From the NCBI GenBank assembly GCA_964540165.1, contig CAZILU010000002.1, positions 1,790 through 65,789 on the forward strand: a stretch of 64,000 nt of DNA, read 5' to 3'. Below are positions 59,814-64,000 of the stretch, piece after piece. The DNA comes from an uncultured Mariniphaga sp. (GTDB lineage Bacteria; Bacteroidota; Bacteroidia; Bacteroidales; Prolixibacteraceae). Numbering within the stretch: position 1 is the first letter of the stretch; each line of letters opens with the position of its first letter. The notes under the pieces were generated by a model that had not been told where the DNA came from, searched no databases, and saw nothing but the letters and a program-made list of their open reading frames with translations. The position numbers and the translations under genes are program-made.

Positions 59814-62759
59814 TTATCTGACCAGGAGTACCTGCCCGCGTTGTTCTCTGGTTTTTCCCCGAAGGTCGCGGTAGCTGACCTGCCACACGTACGTTCCCAT
59901 GGGTGCGGGATCTCCGCTCATCATCATCCCGTTCCATGGCTGGTCGGGATTTTTCGATTCAAATACCAGGTTCCCACCCCGGTTGTATATCTGCAGCAAG
60001 AATCCGGATGGATCGATTCCCAGCTTTACGGGCATAAAGGTGCGGTTGATGGCTATGGCACTTTCGGGAGCAAAGGCGTTGGGCACCGGCACATCGGACG
60101 GTAGGATGATGATCTCAGTAGCGGCGGTATCCCTGCAGCCCATTGGCGATGTTACCACCAGATCCACCAGGTAGATTCCTTTGGCTGCATAGGCATGTTG
60201 CGGATCGGTATCATCCGATACTGATCCGTCGCCAAAAGTCCAGGCATAGTTTATTGCTCCGACAGATTCGTTGGTGAAGGTGATCTCACTCTCATCGACA
60301 AATGCCACGGTGTAATCGGGCCGGAAACCGGCTGCCGGCTTGGGATAAACTTCAATCCACCCCGGTCTGAAGATTGTGTCGGCACATCCGCTCTCCGCAG
60401 AGCGGGCTATGGCCATCACATCGATGCTTCCCGGTTCGGTAATGGTAACATTCAGTGCTTTTTGGTTGCTGTATGGGTAGGTGCCGATTTGCCAGTCGAA
60501 CCGAAGTCTGGGCTCCTCACTCACAGCCGTGATCTCGGTCTGCAAGGGCTGGCACCCCTCGACGATATCGGCTGTGAAATCGAAGCGTGGCTTCAGATCA
60601 TGAAAGCGTACCGACACTGTATCGCCTACCCGGCAGCCATGTACGGTGGTCAGTTCGTACCATACCTGGAAAGTACCCCATGTACTGATCTCCACGGTGG
60701 CCGACTGCTGCGCTGCTGCGGTAACGTGCAGTTCGGCCGGACGGTCGGTTCCCCACCGGAAGTCATTGCCTGCATCCGCCAGCGCTTCCGGCGTTCCTGA
60801 AAGGGTTAGCGTGAGATGGAGACGCCGGCTTTCACATACCAGTCCGGGAGCCTGGATCTGCAGAGTGGGCACGGGATGGATCTCCAGGTGCATGGTGTCG
60901 CGCGCAGCACATCCGTAACGGTCGAATGCTGTCAGCCTGTAGTCACCGGTCTGCTGTGCCTGGTAATTCCGATCGGTCGTTAACGTATCGCCTGTCGTGT
61001 TTTGCCACAGGTACGACTCGAAATCCCCTTTCGCCTCTAACAGGGTGCTAAAGGGAGGACAGGCGGCCAGGTCATCACCGATGTAGGTGACGGGATGGCT
61101 TTTAAACACGTAAACCGAATCGGTTTGTCCACACCCCTCAAGGGTGGTGGTCTCTACCCAATAGATGCCCGGTTCTGTAACGGCAATGGCTTGTGTTGTC
61201 TCCCCGGTACTCCATTGGTATTGGTCGAACCAGGGTGCGGCATCAAGGCGGAGGGTATCGCCATGGCACAGGAGAAGGGTATCGCCGTCAAACAGGAAGC
61301 TTTTACCCAGGTCGAGGGTCAGATCGAGGTTGAAGCCTACGCCATAGCCATAGGACTCCACCCCGCCAAAGCCATAAACATAGGCCAGGAATCCACCCGC
61401 TTCACGAATGTTTTTCAGGTGGTGAGTTCCGGTATCGACCGATACTTGTGCATAACTGTATGCTCCGCCGGGAAAGGGTGTAAACGGTTCGGCAATGGTA
61501 TCTCCGTTAAGGCGGATGTAGGTCGTATCATCGGTCGGGCAGATGATATTTACAAAGTATTTGGTGATTCCGGTGTAGTTTTCTATTTCTACGTCGGGCG
61601 ACTTATAGGCCACGAAGGTGACCTCATTTCTCGACTGGTTGGAGGGGCTGAGTATGATCATAAACGGATCGCCATCGCCGCCCGTGAAGCTGGAGTCGAT
61701 GTCGCGCGACATGCTGTACTGGGCTACCAGCACCGGTTTGTCGGCTACCACCTGTTTTGGGTCGTAGGAGAAGGCTGTAAAATCGTAAAACTCACCCCGG
61801 TTGAGGGATACGGAATTGAGGCCGGAGATCTGTATGGTTGTATGGTTATGGGCAGCTACAATGCGATAGAGGTCTCGTTGCCGCGATTTCAGGGGAGCCA
61901 AATAGTACTCCCTGCCCCAGGTTTGAACGGGTGGTATCTGCTCGTAGAGGTGATCCCAGCAGCACCAGCCGACCGGCACCTGGGTGCTCAGCGATCCGGA
62001 GTAGAACGCGACGGGCTTATCGGCCAGGATATGGCTGCCCGTCAGGTCGCCCTGTCCATCGGCTCCAGGCACATTCTCCGACTGAACCTGGTAAACTTCA
62101 CCGCGGTGGAGGGTGATGGCAAAGGGTTCGCTTTGGGGTTTTCCCTGGTCGGTGACTTTCGAAGGGGTGATCACCACTTCGGTGTTGTTTTCCGTGGCAA
62201 CGATCAGAAATTCGCTGTTGCGTCCGTTGCTCTGTGTCGGATTGGTATCGACGGCCGGTTGATAACAGACAGCGAAGTACTCTTTTCCCAACGATGCCGT
62301 TGGGTAGATAATGGCTACATCGGCTGAGTTCTGGGCCCAGTTGAGGGCATATACATTGACCGGCTTTTCGGAAGTGAGGTGTATGCCTTTGTCCTGTACT
62401 TCCTCTGAACCGGTGGCTTCGACCAGTTGCCAGGGAATGGCCACCTGCACGGCCTGGTTGGCTTCTACGGTGTATGTGCCGCCATACGGTATCTCATCGC
62501 GTCCGGTGGTGATGCGGAAGGTGGTGGTCTCATCGGAGGTGACGGTGATCTCCAGGTAGTGTTCAGGCTGGTAGTTGCGGCTCTCCATAAAGCCAAAGAT
62601 GAAATCGGTACCTTCGGTCGATTTGCGGCAGGGATCACTGTATGCTTGCAGAGGGGCAGACAGGCACAAAAAAAAGAGGGAACATACCAGGAAGATTATC
62701 GCTACTCCTGACGGCCGGCAGGCCGGACAGAGATAATCTTCTGTGGTGGTATGTTCCAT
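59814..62759 (-). CDS. T9SS type-B cargo: IgGFc-binding N-domain, PKD repeats and gliding-motility-associated CTD
   Basis: STEGTDF, EQIPPVQTWGREY, GDPF; WTFGDG PKD motifs; VPNAFAP..IYNRGG..WNG..GTYVW..RGQVLLVR. Confidence 0.88.
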   Translation of the reverse strand: MEHTTTEDYLCPACRPSGVAIIFLVCSLFFLCLSAPLQAYSDPCRKSTEGTDFIFGFMESRNYQPEHYLEITVTSDETTTFRITTGRDEIPYGGTYTVEANQAVQVAIPWQLVEATGSEEVQDKGIHLTSEKPVNVYALNWAQNSADVAIIYPTASLGKEYFAVCYQPAVDTNPTQSNGRNSEFLIVATENNTEVVITPSKVTDQGKPQSEPFAITLHRGEVYQVQSENVPGADGQGDLTGSHILADKPVAFYSGSLSTQVPVGWCCWDHLYEQIPPVQTWGREYYLAPLKSRQRDLYRIVAAHNHTTIQISGLNSVSLNRGEFYDFTAFSYDPKQVVADKPVLVAQYSMSRDIDSSFTGGDGDPFMIILSPSNQSRNEVTFVAYKSPDVEIENYTGITKYFVNIICPTDDTTYIRLNGDTIAEPFTPFPGGAYSYAQVSVDTGTHHLKNIREAGGFLAYVYGFGGVESYGYGVGFNLDLTLDLGKSFLFDGDTLLLCHGDTLRLDAAPWFDQYQWSTGETTQAIAVTEPGIYWVETTTLEGCGQTDSVYVFKSHPVTYIGDDLAACPPFSTLLEAKGDFESYLWQNTTGDTLTTDRNYQAQQTGDYRLTAFDRYGCAARDTMHLEIHPVPTLQIQAPGLVCESRRLHLTLTLSGTPEALADAGNDFRWGTDRPAELHVTAAAQQSATVEISTWGTFQVWYELTTVHGCRVGDTVSVRFHDLKPRFDFTADIVEGCQPLQTEITAVSEEPRLRFDWQIGTYPYSNQKALNVTITEPGSIDVMAIARSAESGCADTIFRPGWIEVYPKPAAGFRPDYTVAFVDESEITFTNESVGAINYAWTFGDGSVSDDTDPQHAYAAKGIYLVDLVVTSPMGCRDTAATEIIILPSDVPVPNAFAPESAIAINRTFMPVKLGIDPSGFLLQIYNRGGNLVFESKNPDQPWNGMMMSGDPAPMGTYVWQVSYRDLRGKTREQRGQVLLVR

Positions 62760-62795
62760 GTTTTATGCAGAGATTGTTTTCTCCGGTTTGGCTTT

Positions 62796-63128
62796 TTATT
62801 TAATGCGTACCGGTTTTATCTCAATCATCAGGTGTTTTTTCGGGATCACCTCATCCCTTTTTATATGGATCTTAACGATCTCGCCATCGAAGGGCATCCG
62901 TACCTGGTTCTGCATCTTCATCGCCTCTAACAACAGCAGGGTCTCTCCCTCTTTCACTTTCTGTTTGGTTTTCACGTAGATGTCGATGACAGTCCCGGGA
63001 ATGAAGGAGTAGATCAGATTTGGATTGGGAGCCTCCCAATTGACCCGGTTCTCAAACTTCCAGGTGTAGTTGGTCTGGTATATGGCCCCATCAATGACCA
63101 GGGTTTTTAGCTCTTTCTTTTCACTCAT
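62796..63128 (-). CDS. Biotin carboxyl carrier protein
   Basis: LLEAMKMQN biotinylation motif. Confidence 0.93.
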   Translation of the reverse strand: MSEKKELKTLVIDGAIYQTNYTWKFENRVNWEAPNPNLIYSFIPGTVIDIYVKTKQKVKEGETLLLLEAMKMQNQVRMPFDGEIVKIHIKRDEVIPKKHLMIEIKPVRIK

Positions 63129-63144
63129 ACCGTTTGTTTAAAGG

Positions 63145-64000
63145 TTAAAATGGAGGAATTCCATGCTTTTTATTGGGCAGGAAAACGTTTTTATTCTCGG
63201 AGACTTTCAGTGCGTGCAGAATTCTTCCACGGGTTTCGCGGGGTTCAATCACTTCATCGATATACCCTTGGGCTGCTGCTACATATGGGTTTGCGAACTT
63301 CTCCTTATACTCCAGGATCTTCTGCTGGCGCATCTCTTCCGGATTTTCCGCCTCGGAGATCTCCTTGCGGAATACAATATTGGCGGCACCCTCGGGGCCC
63401 ATCACGGCGATCTCGGCGGTAGGCCATGCAAAGACAAAGTCGGCACGCAGATGGCGTGAGTTCATGGCGATATATCCACCGCCGTATGCTTTTCTGAGGA
63501 TCACCGTCACCTTTGGCACGGTGGCTTCACTGTAAGCGTAAAGGATTTTGGCACCGTGCCTGATCACTCCGGCATGCTCCTGGTCGACACCCGGCAGGTA
63601 TCCCGGCAGGTCTTCTAAGGTAACAATCGGGATGTTAAAGGCATCGCAATAACGAATAAAGCGGGCTGCCTTATCGGAGCTGTCGGTATCGAGAACGCCG
63701 GCTAACACCATCGGCTGATTCGCGACAAATCCTACGGTATCGCCCTCCATACGGCCGAAGCCGATGACAATGTTCGGAGCAAAGCTCTCCATCACTTCAA
63801 AAAACTCCGAAGCGTCGGTTACGCTTCTGATAATATCGCGAATGTCGTATGGTATTCGTGAATCGACCGGAACGATATCTTCGATCTTAACCCCTTTTTT
63901 GGGAGGCTTTGGCGGGAATGACATCGCTTTCCCACCGTTGTTGCGCGGGATGTAGCTGATCAGTTTCTTGATCTGCTCAAAGCACTCCAGCTCACTGTTG
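63145..64000 (-). CDS. Acyl-CoA carboxylase beta (carboxyltransferase) subunit, 5' part outside the window
   Basis: GFVANQP, KAARFIRYCDAFNIP, LPGVDQE, RKAYGGGY, KKHGIPPF. Confidence 0.95.
   Translation of the reverse strand, partial: NSELECFEQIKKLISYIPRNNGGKAMSFPPKPPKKGVKIEDIVPVDSRIPYDIRDIIRSVTDASEFFEVMESFAPNIVIGFGRMEGDTVGFVANQPMVLAGVLDTDSSDKAARFIRYCDAFNIPIVTLEDLPGYLPGVDQEHAGVIRHGAKILYAYSEATVPKVTVILRKAYGGGYIAMNSRHLRADFVFAWPTAEIAVMGPEGAANIVFRKEISEAENPEEMRQQKILEYKEKFANPYVAAAQGYIDEVIEPRETRGRILHALKVSENKNVFLPNKKHGIPPF

Noticed and set aside
61095-62327. Long antisense ORFs (also 19591-20631, 6910-7863, 281-1174, 24408-25091)
   Set aside because: They lie wholly opposite well-supported genes and have no motifs; typical shadow frames in GC-rich coding DNA.

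Overview
Chromosomal window from a Bacteroidota bacterium, probably Prolixibacteraceae/Marinilabiliales-like (TAnnTTTG promoter boxes, T9SS PorP and CTD cargo, conserved fur-purA and pRiA4b-ORF3/miaA neighbourhoods). Three zones are visible. (1) 1-2.2 kb: a GC-richer pair of esterase-type genes plus a DHFR-like gene scrap, abutting rnhB. (2) About 3.9-36.6 kb: an accessory island for sulfated, uronate-rich glycans. It has three Cys-type sulfatases, two heparinase II/III-type lyases, a PL14-like lyase, GH105, an unassigned large GH-like lipoprotein and two AraC regulators. It also has an unusual catabolic set: two UroD/MtaA-fold proteins, RraA/HMG aldolase, SDR, UxuA, an NRAMP-like transporter lacking DPGN, two DUF6807/PmoA-like proteins and two Gfo/Idh/MocA-type oxidoreductases. 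No SusC/SusD pair is present. Three genes look damaged: a 44-aa lipoprotein stub, a truncated PL6-like gene and a GH28 with its catalytic core deleted in frame. (3) 36.7-64 kb: mostly housekeeping genes (tRNA-Phe, purA, fur, rel, gmhA, miaA, pcm, gcvP, ispE, carboxylase subunits), a REP-like array with a heptamer tract, a secreted 29-aa-repeat protein and a PorP/type-B CTD pair. No CRISPR array, integrase or transposase was found. All calls come from motif recognition by eye; no searches were run.
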